Assembly: GCA_017654855.1 (NCBI GenBank) | Contig: CM030332.1 | Span: 558,001 to 622,000, forward strand | Length of the DNA stretch: 64,000 nt | Source of the DNA: Podospora anserina | Lineage: Eukaryota | Direction: 5' to 3' | Shown here: piece after piece, positions 38,851 through 50,328 of the stretch | Numbering within the stretch: position 1 is the stretch's first letter | Layout: the number at the start of each line of letters is the position of its first letter | The notes under the pieces: model-generated | The model's database searches: none | Told to the model about the DNA's origin: nothing | The model's input: the letters and a program-made list of their open reading frames with translations, nothing else | Made by a program: the position numbers and the translations under genes

Positions 38851-41142
38851 ATGGATATCCTCAAAATCCTCTCCCGAGGCACAAAGCCAAACCCGAAAAA
38901 CCAAACCGCAAAGGGTTCAGCCGCCGCAGTCGCAGCCACAGCAAAGCTCCCCTCCGCCGGCGCGGTCCCCCACCCGCAGCTCTTCAACGACCCGGTGTCT
39001 TCCTCCTCGAGGGGGAAGAAGAGGAAGAGGAAGAATAAGAGTGGTGATAAAGATGCTGAAGATGACGGGCCGGGAAACGACGACGAGGACGACCTAAGCG
39101 ACGTCGACTTTTTCGCGCCGCCCAAGCCCAGGACTGAGGCTGTTCAGCAACACAATGAAGAGGATGGAGAAGACCAAAAGAAAAAGAAGAACAAAAAGCG
39201 CAAGGTCAAGACGCTGGACGAGGACGAATGCAAGCAGATTTTGAGGTCGCACAGGTTAAAATTTACGTTGCTGTCCGAGTCGGTTGGTGGTGTTGCTGAG
39301 TTGGAGGCGCGGGCGGTAGAGGGGAAGAAGGAGAAGAAGAAAAAGTCGAAGGAGGGGGGGGAGGAAGAGGGCAAGGAAAAGGGGCCCAAGAAGGGAAAAC
39401 TTGCGCAACTCTGGCCCCAGCCTTTGACTGCGTTTGGGCAGCTGAAGTATGATTATGGGATCAATCAGACTTTGGCAGATAATATTACACGACAGGGGTT
39501 TAAAGTCCCCACGGAAGTGCAGATGGGCGCGCTGCCGCTTTTGTTGCAGTCGGGGACGGCGCTGGGGGATAAGGAGATGGAAAAGGGGGTGGACTTTCTG
39601 GCTGTTGCGCCGACGGGGAGCGGGAAGACGATTACGTTTTTGATTCCGGCTATTGAGGGGGTTTTGAAGGCTAGGGGGGAGGTGAATGAGGGGGAAGAGG
39701 TCAAGAATGAGCTGAGGGCGATTGTGGTTGCGCCTACGAGGGAGTTGGCGAGTCAGATTGTGAATGAGGGGAGGAAGTTGGCTATTGGGACGGGGGTGAG
39801 GGTTGTGTTGATGAAGAGGGGGTTGAGATTGCAGGCAGAGGGTAGAGCGGAGAAGGCTGAGGAGGATAGTGACTCTGAGGATGAAGAGGAGAAGCCAGAG
39901 GAGGCAGAGCAAGACCAGGACGAGGATGAGGAAGACAAGGAAGACAGTGACGAGGAGGATGGCGACGACAAGAAAAAAGATCGGAAAGAAAAACCTCTGG
40001 CGAGAGTCGATATCCTCGTTACCACCCCGAAAATCCTCCTCAACTTTCTGTCTGACGACGGCAAGCTCACCAACTCCAAGAGAACCCTCCCCACAGTCCG
40101 AAGCCTCATCCTCGACGAAGCCGACGTCCTCCTCGACCCCATCTTCCGCAAGCAAACCATGGCCATCTGGAAGTCTTGCGTTCACCCCGACGTAGCCCTG
40201 ACCTGCTGGTCAGCAACAATGGCCTCTAACATCGAAGCCCTCGTGACAAAACACCTCTCCAAACGCGCCAAACACTTCAACATCTCCCGCCCTCTCATTC
40301 GTCTGGTAGTCGGCCTCAAAGACACCGCCGTTCCCAACGTAACCCACAAGCTGATTTACACCGCCACCGAGCAAGGCAAGCTCCTGGCACTCCGACAACT
40401 CCTCCACCCAGCCTCCTCTTCCGACTCCGGCCCCCCATTGCGCCCCCCATTCATAGTGTTTACCCAAACCATTGACCGCGCCAAGGCCCTGCATAAAGAA
40501 CTGCAATTCGACATCCCCCTCGAAGCGGGCGGGCAGGCCCGAATCGCAGTTCTTCACTCCTCGCTGAGTGACCAGATCCGCTCCAAAATCATGACAAAGT
40601 TCCGGACGGGTGAAGTCTGGGTTTTGATCACGACCGACGTCCTCGCCCGGGGCGTGGATTTTGCAGGTGTGAACGGTGTAGTCAACTATGACGTCCCTAC
40701 TTCAGCGGCGGGGTATGTTCACCGTGCCGGGCGGACTGGTCGTGCTGGGAGGGAGGGTGGTGTAGCTGTTACTTTTTACACAAAGGAGGATATCCCGTTT
40801 GTGAAGTCGGTGGCGAACGTCATTGCTGCGAGTGAAAAGCAGGCTGGTAAGGCGGGCAGTGGGGAGGAGTCGGTCAAGAAGTGGCTTTTGGATGCGCTGC
40901 CCAAGGTTGCGAAGGAGGATAAGAGGAAGTTGAAGGTGAGGGGTGTCGAGGCGAGGAGGGCTGGAGGAAAAGAGGCGAGTATTACTACGCAGAGCAGCTG
41001 GGAGAGGAGGAAGGAGAATAATAAACGGCAGGCGATTGAGGCGAGTAAGAAGAGGAAGAGGATGGCGTTGCAGGTGGAGAAGCAAGGTGGTGGAAAGAAG
41101 AAGGATGATGATAGGGAGGAATGGGGTGGGTTGGATGATTAG
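38851..41142 (+). CDS. ROK1: DEAD-box RNA helicase Rok1/DDX52
   Basis: MDILKILSRG N-terminus, APTGSGKT, PTRELA, DEAD, SAT, ARGVDF, HRAGRTGRAG. Confidence 0.92.
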   Translation: MDILKILSRGTKPNPKNQTAKGSAAAVAATAKLPSAGAVPHPQLFNDPVSSSSRGKKRKRKNKSGDKDAEDDGPGNDDEDDLSDVDFFAPPKPRTEAVQQHNEEDGEDQKKKKNKKRKVKTLDEDECKQILRSHRLKFTLLSESVGGVAELEARAVEGKKEKKKKSKEGGEEEGKEKGPKKGKLAQLWPQPLTAFGQLKYDYGINQTLADNITRQGFKVPTEVQMGALPLLLQSGTALGDKEMEKGVDFLAVAPTGSGKTITFLIPAIEGVLKARGEVNEGEEVKNELRAIVVAPTRELASQIVNEGRKLAIGTGVRVVLMKRGLRLQAEGRAEKAEEDSDSEDEEEKPEEAEQDQDEDEEDKEDSDEEDGDDKKKDRKEKPLARVDILVTTPKILLNFLSDDGKLTNSKRTLPTVRSLILDEADVLLDPIFRKQTMAIWKSCVHPDVALTCWSATMASNIEALVTKHLSKRAKHFNISRPLIRLVVGLKDTAVPNVTHKLIYTATEQGKLLALRQLLHPASSSDSGPPLRPPFIVFTQTIDRAKALHKELQFDIPLEAGGQARIAVLHSSLSDQIRSKIMTKFRTGEVWVLITTDVLARGVDFAGVNGVVNYDVPTSAAGYVHRAGRTGRAGREGGVAVTFYTKEDIPFVKSVANVIAASEKQAGKAGSGEESVKKWLLDALPKVAKEDKRKLKVRGVEARRAGGKEASITTQSSWERRKENNKRQAIEASKKRKRMALQVEKQGGGKKKDDDREEWGGLDD

Positions 41143-41279
41143 TTCGTTGTTGTTACCGGAAGTAAATACCCTTTTGTTGTAGAATTATCAAAACGGACGC
41201 GCTGGTTGTAGAGAATTAATCTGTGTACTGTTCAAAGCCTATCCATATCTACACCCCAAAACTACCCCTTATTCAACTG

Positions 41280-42818
41280 CTACCCCCTCTTCCCAGGATA
41301 ATACCCCTCCGGCAAAAACAACCACGTCTCCGGCCTAAAAATCACCTCAAAACCAACCCCCCCATATGTGCCCACCGCACAACTCAAATCATGATACCCC
41401 TCCAACCCCGTCATGGGCAAATCAGTCGAGTCACCCTCCTCGTGCAAATTCCACCTCCCAGCCTGCAGCCCGTTCCTCGTAAAGAAAATCTCCGTCTCCA
41501 TCCTCCCTGCCACCGCGGTAAAAGTAATACCGATACCATACCTCTCCCCGACTCTAAACGGTCCCGTAAAGTCCTTGCCTCCCCACCGGTCATTGATGAA
41601 CTTGTGGCCGTCATCACCGTGAACAGCCAACGACCCGCGGTGCCAGCCAGGCTGCCGGAAGGATGGGTAAGGGAGGGCGGTGAACCCCAGACTGAGACAA
41701 ATCTCGTGGGGGTTGGCGGCCGAAGTGATGGCGACTTCGTAGTAGATTGTCTTCTCTGGGGTGGGGGAGGTGAAGGGAGAGTGGGTTTTTACTGTGTAGA
41801 GGGGGGGATAGCCGATAATGCTGGGTTTGGTGTTAGCACTGATTAAAAGAGTTGAGTGATGATAACGGAAAAACAAAACATACCAAGAATCAGTGGCGTT
41901 CCTGTCTGTCTGACCGGCCCAAATGCCGTGCTCTTTGAACTGGAGGGTTCCCTTGAACACATCGGGGACCATCAGACGGGGGTTGTGGTTGTTTTGAGCC
42001 TCCAGGGAGTGGTGGTCGAGGTCAATGGGCGGGGAAAGGGGGTGCTGACGGCACCATGCTTCGCCTGCTTCGGCTTCGGCCTCGGTGGCGTTGGTTGCGT
42101 GGGAGGAGTCATACGCCGCGAAGAAAGCAGGAGGGGGTGGAAAGAGAGAGGTGTCCGGGACGACTGACTCCCAGTCGTGCTTGGTCTCCTGGGGTTTAGA
42201 TGCTGCGGGAATGGGAGGAGCGCTGGGAGGGGGAATGGAGGCGTAGTCATTACGCGGGAGAGGAGGACCAGGAGGGGGGGCGTAGTCGTTGCTAGCTCCG
42301 TGAGACGGTGGAGGCCCGGGAGGAGGAGCAAAGTCGTCACCAGCTCCGTGGGAATGGGGCGGCGGTGGTCCCAGGGGAGGTGCGTAGTCATTCCCGGTTC
42401 CGTGAGAAGGGGGTGGTCCGGGAGGAGGCGCATAGCTCTCTACAGCCGGCCGGGTATGAGAAGGAGGCGGCCCCGGAGGAGGGGCATAGTCGTTGGCTGG
42501 TAACTCAGCTGGTGCATTAGGGTTGTGGACTGAGTCAGGAAGCTCAACGGGCATGGTGTGAGGTGTAGCTTGTGTCTGGCTGTACAGATTATTGGAATTC
42601 CAGGATGCTGGAGGTTGAACAGCAGAGAGGGGGCTAGGAGGCGGCGGCTGGTTATATTGCTGCTGATGCTGATGCTGCTGGGGCTGTGCCTGGTGTGATG
42701 ACGAAGCGCTTGCTTTTGGCTCAGGTGCATACGTTGGCTGCTGAGGCGCCTGCCCTGGAGCTGGTCGTGGGGGGAGATCATCCCCATCATAGAGGTTCTT
42801 TTTGCTGCCGAAACACAT
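41280..42818 (-). CDS. SPRY-domain protein (Ssh4-like) with YAPPPGPPP repeats; in-frame intron 41821-41883
   Basis: IYYEV, LGFTALPYPSFRQPGWHRGSLAVHGDDGHKF, IFFTRNG SPRY motifs; 63-nt GTATGT..GCTAAC..CAG intron. Confidence 0.85.
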   Translation of the reverse strand: MCFGSKKNLYDGDDLPPRPAPGQAPQQPTYAPEPKASASSSHQAQPQQHQHQQQYNQPPPPSPLSAVQPPASWNSNNLYSQTQATPHTMPVELPDSVHNPNAPAELPANDYAPPPGPPPSHTRPAVESYAPPPGPPPSHGTGNDYAPPLGPPPPHSHGAGDDFAPPPGPPPSHGASNDYAPPPGPPLPRNDYASIPPPSAPPIPAASKPQETKHDWESVVPDTSLFPPPPAFFAAYDSSHATNATEAEAEAGEAWCRQHPLSPPIDLDHHSLEAQNNHNPRLMVPDVFKGTLQFKEHGIWAGQTDRNATDSWYVLFFRYHHSTLLISANTKPSIIGYPPLYTVKTHSPFTSPTPEKTIYYEVAITSAANPHEICLSLGFTALPYPSFRQPGWHRGSLAVHGDDGHKFINDRWGGKDFTGPFRVGERYGIGITFTAVAGRMETEIFFTRNGLQAGRWNLHEEGDSTDLPMTGLEGYHDLSCAVGTYGGVGFEVIFRPETWLFLPEGYYPGKRG

Positions 42819-43629
42819 TTTGGCTGGTTTCAGATTCTGTTTTGTTTCCTTTTGGTGAGATGTTGTAAGCGCACACGTTTTAAAGCGACTGGATGTTGGA
42901 TGGTTGCCCAGTCACGAAGCACCTCAGCCAACGGGTGATAGACAAAGGTCAGTGAATGCCTTGCCTTTCAAATTCCAAACCCTATAGCAACAGAACGACC
43001 GGCTTTAATGTCCTTCTTGCGGCATCAGATGATGAGTGATGGATTAGGACACGGAGGGACCAACTGACACGCGCTGGATAGAGAACCTTTTGGGGTGCGC
43101 AGCCACTGCCAAGATGGCGCTAGCCACCTGCGTAACGAGGCTTGATAACAGCACAAGAACCCTCCAATTCCCCGAGGCAGTCGCTATCTGCCCCACATTG
43201 CACCACCTGGATGATGACGTTGCTGCCAGATCTGACGGACTTACAATCTGTGGCGTTTAGCTACAGACCGTTTGAGTGGGGGACTGTACCCAGTCAATAT
43301 TTGGAAACTGGCGAGGCCAGTCCAATCTTGCTCGAAGTCTCCTGGTGACGTGGAAAGTAAGTTTGGCTTGGCGTTCCTGGCGCACTTTCGGAGCCGATGT
43401 CCGATGACTACCGGACCGGTATAGGCCTTCCGTCGGCCCGATCGGATTGTGGATCTCGGCGAAGAGTTGACGATGAATAAGGGCAAGTATGTACGCCTGG
43501 GAAACACAGCTTTATATGATGTGGCTTAGACCGAACGCATCGTGTAAGGATAAGGTCCCGGTATTGCCCTTGATATCTTCAATGCTTGATATGTTATCAC
43601 AGATAGTGAAAATCAAGTTGAGAACTTCT

Positions 43630-43895
43630 GAGGACAAATGAAAATGGCTAAAACTGCGTTTATTAACATCAAGTTATCTTCAAAGTATCACACAAATCAA
43701 ACAAGTCAAATTTAAAGGCCTATTTGACATAATAAAAAAATTTAACGGTATATTTGAAATGATTTAAATTGAATTAAGTAGCCTAAATACTATTAAATCA
43801 TATCACTAATTACTACCCAATAACTATATCTACTACTGACATATACCTGTTCAAATAGGTTCCTGTAGGGTCTATTTTACAGTAGCTTACTGCTG
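43630..43895. repeat. AT-rich, TpA-enriched relic consistent with RIP-degraded repeat DNA
   Basis: Abrupt drop in GC with abundant TA dinucleotides, directly adjacent to the LTR. Confidence 0.6.
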
Positions 43896-44301
43896 TGTCA
43901 CGGTTTTGGAAGACAGTGGGGCTACGGAGGACCAATCAGGACTGGACCGGGCGATCGAGCGGGGCTCACGGTCTAGATGGGCAAACGGACCAATAAGATG
44001 GGGACCGGGGACCGCGGCGGGGCTCACGGTCCACGGTCCAGTATCGGCCAATCAGGAGTGGACCGAGGACCGTCTGTAAGTCAACGGTCCACGGTCCCAA
44101 GGTCTATATATACGGAGGAACTGGCTGGTGTAGATAGACAGTTGCGCAGTATGCAATTCAAGTCACAATCGTTGGTATCCAGACTGTTGTGATTGAGACA
44201 AGCCATTTGTTGTACACTGTTTAGCTGTACCGAACCAGGATTGTTCAGAAGCGCCTTCTACTAGTATCCCTTTCAGAGGTTCTGGATAGGGGTTCGTCAC
44301 A
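43896..44301 (+). mobile_element. Solo LTR of an LTR retrotransposon (~406 bp)
   Basis: TGTCACG...CGTCACA imperfect inverted termini (TG..CA), internal repeats GCGGGGCTCACGGTC x2 and CCAATCAGGA x2, TATATATA box near 44105; no gag/pol nearby. Confidence 0.85.
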
Positions 44302-45757
44302 CGTTGTTAAAGAATTACTTGGCAACAAGGCGAGTGGTGGAGGAGGTCGTTCGGGCGTAGGCCGCCACACGCATCGCCCCCTTGTTGAACGGAGTCGAGC
44401 GAGTGTGAAGAGTCAGATGAATCAAGCCTATCCGGATCTTTCTGTTGGAAATCATCATATCCGTAGGCGTGTGGGCGCTGTATGTCATGATCTCGGGGCA
44501 AAGACCTTCCAGCTCCAAGGTCTTGTCAAACCAGCCAGGTGTGTCCCACTGCGGTGCAATTGACTCTAGTTGTATATCCTCTTCGTCCTCCTTGATGGAC
44601 ACGAGCTATTAACCAGGTGATGTTGCTCTTTTCCGCCCCCGAGTACCATCAGCATTGCTTCCGCTTCTCAATGCCAAAGAAAGATGAACGCTGGTATTCG
44701 AGATGGACATCGAGGTGGCCTGCACGATCAAGCCCTGTAGAGCACTGTACTAGTTCCCTAGATTTAACTCGGGGAACGTGAGGCCTGACTTGCCACAGCG
44801 ATGAAGCTTGTTGTTGACCTGCTCGCTGTAGTAATTGTCAGGAAGTAGGCTAGCCCCTGCTCCAGCTCCCGCATAGACCTGCGCGAAGACCGCGGCCATG
44901 CGATCGGTATGAGCAGTGATGCGCAAGAAGATGTAGTTGATGTTCAATTTGACCAGTCTGTGGATCAGCCAGTTGTACGTAAGGCCGTGATGCTCACTAC
45001 CTGGCTCCATTCAGCTATCACGCAATAATTCATTCAAGTCTCGACCCTGCGGTGGTGCATCGGCGATGTGAATGAGGCACCGGGTTTGTTGCTGCCAGGG
45101 ACTTTTGGTGGCCCTCTGTACGGCGCCAAGAACATCTTCGGGATAGTCGTCTCCTCTAGTTGCGGTCAAGGTGTTAAGAAAGACCAAGACTCCCTCAACG
45201 GAAGTTGTAAAGTCTTGAAACTGGATATGGGGTTTGTCCCGGTGATCTTTGTACCCAACCACAGCAATACGTAAGGTGGTTTCGTCAACGAATAATCTTT
45301 TGACCCCAGCTACGGTACTCTTGATTTGTTGTTTGACGGCGTCGAGATATGCTTTCAGAGGATGCGTGGTATCGACGAGAAATAGCAGGTCGGTTCAGCA
45401 GACTGCCTTGAAGATCCCCTTCGTGTTGCGTGGTGGTAATGCAGCGTTTGCTCTGTCCACCGCTTCCAGGAACTGACGTATCCGAACCGTAGAGCTGACG
45501 GCAGATGCTGTTGAAAAGGTACTGCGAGGGCCGACTCTGGAGGCAGAGCCCTCCACAGACGACCCAACGCTAACAAAGCTCATCTGCGAAGGTGTTGATA
45601 TCACAGATTCCGAGGGAGTTAAAATTCCAGATTGAGTAGGAGTCGACCTGTCAGATTGCAAAGATAGTGTACTTCTCGTAGGCACAGAACGCAAAAAAGC
45701 ATTGACGATGGCAGTTATTTCAGCGCGCGAGGCTCTGGAGCGAGAGATGGACTCCAT
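44302..45757 (-). pseudogene. vWA-domain + alpha-kinase (eEF2K-like) pseudogene, truncated at the LTR
   Basis: A single frame gives DLLFLVDTT, IAVVGYKDH, GDDYPEDVLGA, LIHIADAPPQG (vWA) and PFNKGAMRVAAYAR..LVAK (alpha-kinase N-lobe). In-frame stops at 45395, 45011, 44750, 44609, 44606 and 44315. Confidence 0.8.
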
Positions 45758-46673
45758 GATTGCTAGAGACTACTGTACGGTTGCCGGAGAGAACGTCTGA
45801 GAAGGGGAGCATCGCCTTGCCTATATATGTGTATTAGCGGGCAAAAATTTCGAGTGAGATAAGCACTTTGTGTTTAACTGCTGTCATCTCCTTTGATAGG
45901 TGATTAGGAAATCTTTAAACGCCACTTTAAAAGGGAATGTTGTGGAGTCGGTTGGATGGTGAAAGAACCGGTCGAACTTTGGGGTCTATTTACACGTAAT
46001 AGCCATTACCCATTACCCACCACTACCATCACACAGGTGTGTACTTCTCACTGTGGAATGGTGGAGCGGTGCCTAATACGGCTGAGACAGACCATGTGAG
46101 AGATGTGGTAACAGCCTCCGGTGGGTGGCCGTTTGCTCCGGTCGAGCCCCAGGTTACGAGAGGAATGAGTGAACAAAAAGACTTAGTGTGCTGACACCTC
46201 CCAATCATAACCTCCAATTACGAAGTTTAAAGGGCAGATGGTGGAGGTGAAAGATCCCAACCGAGCCAAAATTCCTCAACAGTTCCGTAGGTACTCTTAG
46301 CTCATGGTATTCTGCAGCCGGGCCAAAAAGACACATCTCGGATGGTGGGATTCAAATGGGATAGTAAGTCATACGCAATAGGTAGTCGTCGGTGATCAGA
46401 CTCGCAGAGCAACACTCAAAATCCACCCGATGCTTGAGGCGAATGAAAGACTCAGATTGCCTTACTATCAACCTAGCTGGGCAACAGCTGGCCCAGAATC
46501 CAGCCACACCATCGCACATGCCATCTGAAAACCGGAACAGCAAACCCAATCATCCCCAAATACCTGACGCCGAAAAGCCTCGACCCATTTTACAAAGTTC
46601 AATGGCATCAAAACGCCCCCAGACGCCCTTGACTCCCCCCACCAACCCTTCGATGATAACTCCTCAAGCCTAT

Positions 46674-49339
46674 CTACGTCCCCCACGCACTCGTATCCTC
46701 TGCATTCGGATAAAAAAACGCCACCACGCTGATGATAACGTAAGTCGCCAGCAGCAGAGCCCCCTCAAGGTAATTACTCCTCCCATCCAAGACCAAAAAG
46801 TTAGTGATAAACGCCGAGACAAACAAGCAAACGGTCTCAAAGAGCGTAAAATACAACGTCATGGGTTTGTCCATGATCCAGCCGATAATCACAATCAGCG
46901 GCGTGATGAAGAGGGCGATCTGAATCGAGCTGCCCACGGCCACGCCGATGGCCAAGTCCATCTTGTTCTTCATGGCAACGGTGATAGCAGTGACGTGCTC
47001 GGCTGCGTTGCCAACGATGGGCAGAATGATGAGACCAATGAAGATTTCGCCGATGCTGCTGGTCTTGACAAGACCGTTGATTGAGTCGACCATGAACTCG
47101 GCACAAACAGCTACAAGAGCGGTCGATACGAGCAGCAAGATGACTGCGCTCCGACGGGAGAGCTCTTCAACATTTTCCTCGGCATCAGCCACAGCGCCGT
47201 TCGGGACGGCGGCCAGAGGAATCTGAGAGGGCATCATCGCGCCGGGAGGGCGGCCGAACTGGTTTAGGCGGTCGGGCAGCGAGTTCGTACGACGAATTCC
47301 ATAACGAACACGAGGCACTGGACCAGAGGGTACGGCCGGCATCGAGAAATCAGTGGGACTGGTAAATACTGTGGGCGCAAGGCTGCGAGCGACAGGTCGC
47401 AGTGTCCCACGAAGTCCCTGGAACGGACTGCTTCGGGTCTGAACGACTTCACTCATGCCCTCAACATTCGGGGTCAATTGTGACATGGCGAAATCGACTC
47501 TCCGAGGCTCGCCAGGTGAGAGGGGAGCCTTAATCCCAACAGCTGCTTCCTCGTCAATGGGTTGGTCCATGAATTCTTGGGAGCCGTTTCTCCGTGACTT
47601 GCGGTGCTTGTGATGTTTGCGATGCTTCTTGTGTCTCCGGTAACGATCACGCTTCCTGTGACGAGGTGGCTTTTCATCTTCAATGGCATCCTCGTGCGCC
47701 TCAAAGACCCCGGTTCCAGGCTTGGAAATACGGTTCCTTGCGGTCTCTTCAGAAGGCTGTCCCTCGCTCGTAGTACCGAAAGAGGGACTTCTAGTAGGGG
47801 TTCGCGTGCGAGTAGTGCTGTGGCCTTCACTCGTGTCGACTGAAATGATGCTGGACTTGCGATGGCGCTTGATAGCTCGTCTCATTCTCTTGCCAACAGT
47901 TTCTCGTGATGAATCAGAGTCGGAAGAATCTGAGTCACTCGACGAGCTGCTCTCTGAACTTGACGAGTCCAGCCAGTTGGCGACCGGTCCAGGTGTTGCC
48001 TCCTCATCAATGATGTGCTGTGGTGTCGACTCGTACATGTATGAATGTGACAGAAGCTGAAAGAGGAGATATATGATATACACCAACAGAAGAATCTACG
48101 ATGATTAGTCTCGATCGCGACCAAATCCCGAACGGCTCTACTTACCACACTAGTACCACGGCTGATCTTGAGAGATTGGGCATCTGCTAGGTTCGAGTCG
48201 TTAAACGAAGCATGGAATGCAGTCTGTACACAATCAGTATGTGTCCACAAACCTCTCTGGCAATTCCACACTTACTGGCAACACCAAGCTGATCACACTC
48301 AAACTCAATAGACAAGCACTCATCTGGGTGACGGTGCTGTTGTAGATCTGTTCCCGGAACCGAAGACCGCCAAGGAAGAACGACATGCCCAGAATCAGTA
48401 ACAAGTTGGCCAAGATAGACCCAAGAAGAGAGGCCTGAACGATACGGAATTCATCCTGTTTTTGGTTAGAAATGTACTAAACCGGCTGCACGGTAACACG
48501 TACCTTGACCAAAGCAATGCTGTTCAACGATGAAGGTGGTTAGCAATAACGTGAACACAGATTGAGGCAAAGTTCGGGAGGTTGGTGCCGCCAGGCTTGC
48601 ATCACTAAACAGGGGTTAAGGTACATACATGCTGTGCATCGTGTTAGTGAACCGTTTGATAACTAGCTGACAGGCACGCCAAGACATGTATGACTTACAA
48701 GATGATCAGCTCTACCGCATTACCAAAAGTAATGTTCAGCAATGCGCCAAGGGAGTCGCCGAGCTTGCGCGCTACGGCTTCGGTAGCAAAGCTCAAGAGA
48801 CCAGCAAGAGGTATGATGGCGACGGCATTCATGCCAAAAATGATGCCCGGAGAAATGCCCGGGACTTGCTCGACGGCGATGCCGATGGGGACAAAAACCA
48901 GCAAAAGGTTCAGTTTGGAATGGAACAACACAAATTTGATAGTGCGCAGTATCCTACTGGGGATGCTGTCCTTGATTCCAGTTTCCCGCTGTGGTTGAGA
49001 GTCTTCGTGTGGGTGTTTCCCATCACCCGCTTCGCCTAGGACAGGCCCCGGCTTCTCGGGCTGCAATGATGTACCGGGCATGGGCGTGCCGCAACAACCA
49101 TCTTCTGTCGTGTCGGCACCACCAGGGACCGGCGGCGTTGGCATGGTGCCGCCGGGGCTGGCAGACATGGCTGATGCTCCATGCTGGCTGTTGGACTGTG
49201 TGGGCTCCAGGGTGGATGGATTACTGATGGGAATCTGGTTTGAATTGATCTGTTTGGAAGGGTGATTCGCGGGTTTGCTTCTTATCCACGAGTTAGTTCT
49301 ATCCGTGTGCTGAGATTTATCAGAGGTGGGTTCCTTCAT
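46674..49339 (-). CDS. Ca2+/H+ exchanger (CAX/Vcx1 family); exons ?-48699, 48631-48629, 48519-48504, 48455-48276, 48223-48146, 48095-46674; start codon uncertain
   Basis: alpha-1 repeat GALLNITFGNAVELI, IVQASLLGSILANLLL, alpha-2 repeat LPIVGNAAEH, AVGSSIQIAL, DGRSNYLEG; five GT-AG introns with branch sites. Confidence 0.9.
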
Positions 49340-50328
49340 CGAGGAAGGTGGGTGTTGATGAAGAATGATACGAAGTACCGAGGTATCTTTTAAGTTCGAC
49401 GGATCGATTAGGAAGATGGAAGTGGCAGGGAAATGGCTGTGAGCCTTGATGGGGAAACGTGTTGAAGTACGCAAGTAATAGCAGAAAGGAGAGAGTGGCA
49501 TGTGGCGGGCCACGTCCTGCAAAAACGTTGGAGGGGGGACAATGGGGGTCCAGTTGGGATGGCCCTGCCAAAAGCACGGGTGATCGGCAAGCCTGCCACT
49601 CCCGCTTTGGCCTTAGCTCAAGCTCCCCAGAAAAACAAGCTTCAGGCCCACCCTCCTACGTCATCTCGCTCTTTATTTTGTAGCGACCTCTAGAACCTCG
49701 TACCTCTCGAGAGAATGTCTCATTGTAAACAGCAATCTACGAGGAAACAAAGGCCCTGGGAACCCGCCTAGTGGATTTCAACACTTCAAAATATGCAAAA
49801 ATGAACAAAAAAACAAAGTCGATAAAATCAGCCCGAAGCATCACAAGGTGGGTTTCCTGTACGCCAGTCATCTGAACACACGCAATACGTATACAAGCGG
49901 CAACACCAATGTTGGCAGGGCAGCTGACAGAGTGCAGTTGAGAGAGTGGGAAGGTAGCTAACAGTAATGAGACGACACACGTCAATGCAACTTGTCTATG
50001 TGATGCTTTCTGCAAAACAAATAAGTTTATAAACTAAATCTGTGTACAAAAATAAAGCCACTTCGGCAGTTGGAGCGGCGCCAAGAAGGCCAAGCAGGAA
50101 CCAGAAAGCTTGACCGCACCGCTCTCGACCTCCGAAATCTTCTGAGGCCAGCAACATCTCGATGAGATGAGGTGCTGAGCGTCAACCTCCCGCCATGACA
50201 TAAGCTAGCGAAACATGGGGTGATGTCATTCTCACTCCCATCTTATTCAGAGCGTGAACTCGGAATTGCGCTCTGTATTTCTGAATAAACAACATCTACA
50301 ACCACGTGGCTTCTTTCTCTGCTTTTGC

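Noticed and set aside
28199-41142. Apparent cluster of ribosome/translation genes (NOP7, 5S, RRN9, IleRS, ROK1)
   Set aside because: These are common housekeeping classes interspersed with unrelated genes; no shared regulatory motif could be demonstrated.
43140-43560. Possible gene fragment left of the RIP-like patch
   Set aside because: No recognisable homology, and it does not continue the alpha-kinase.
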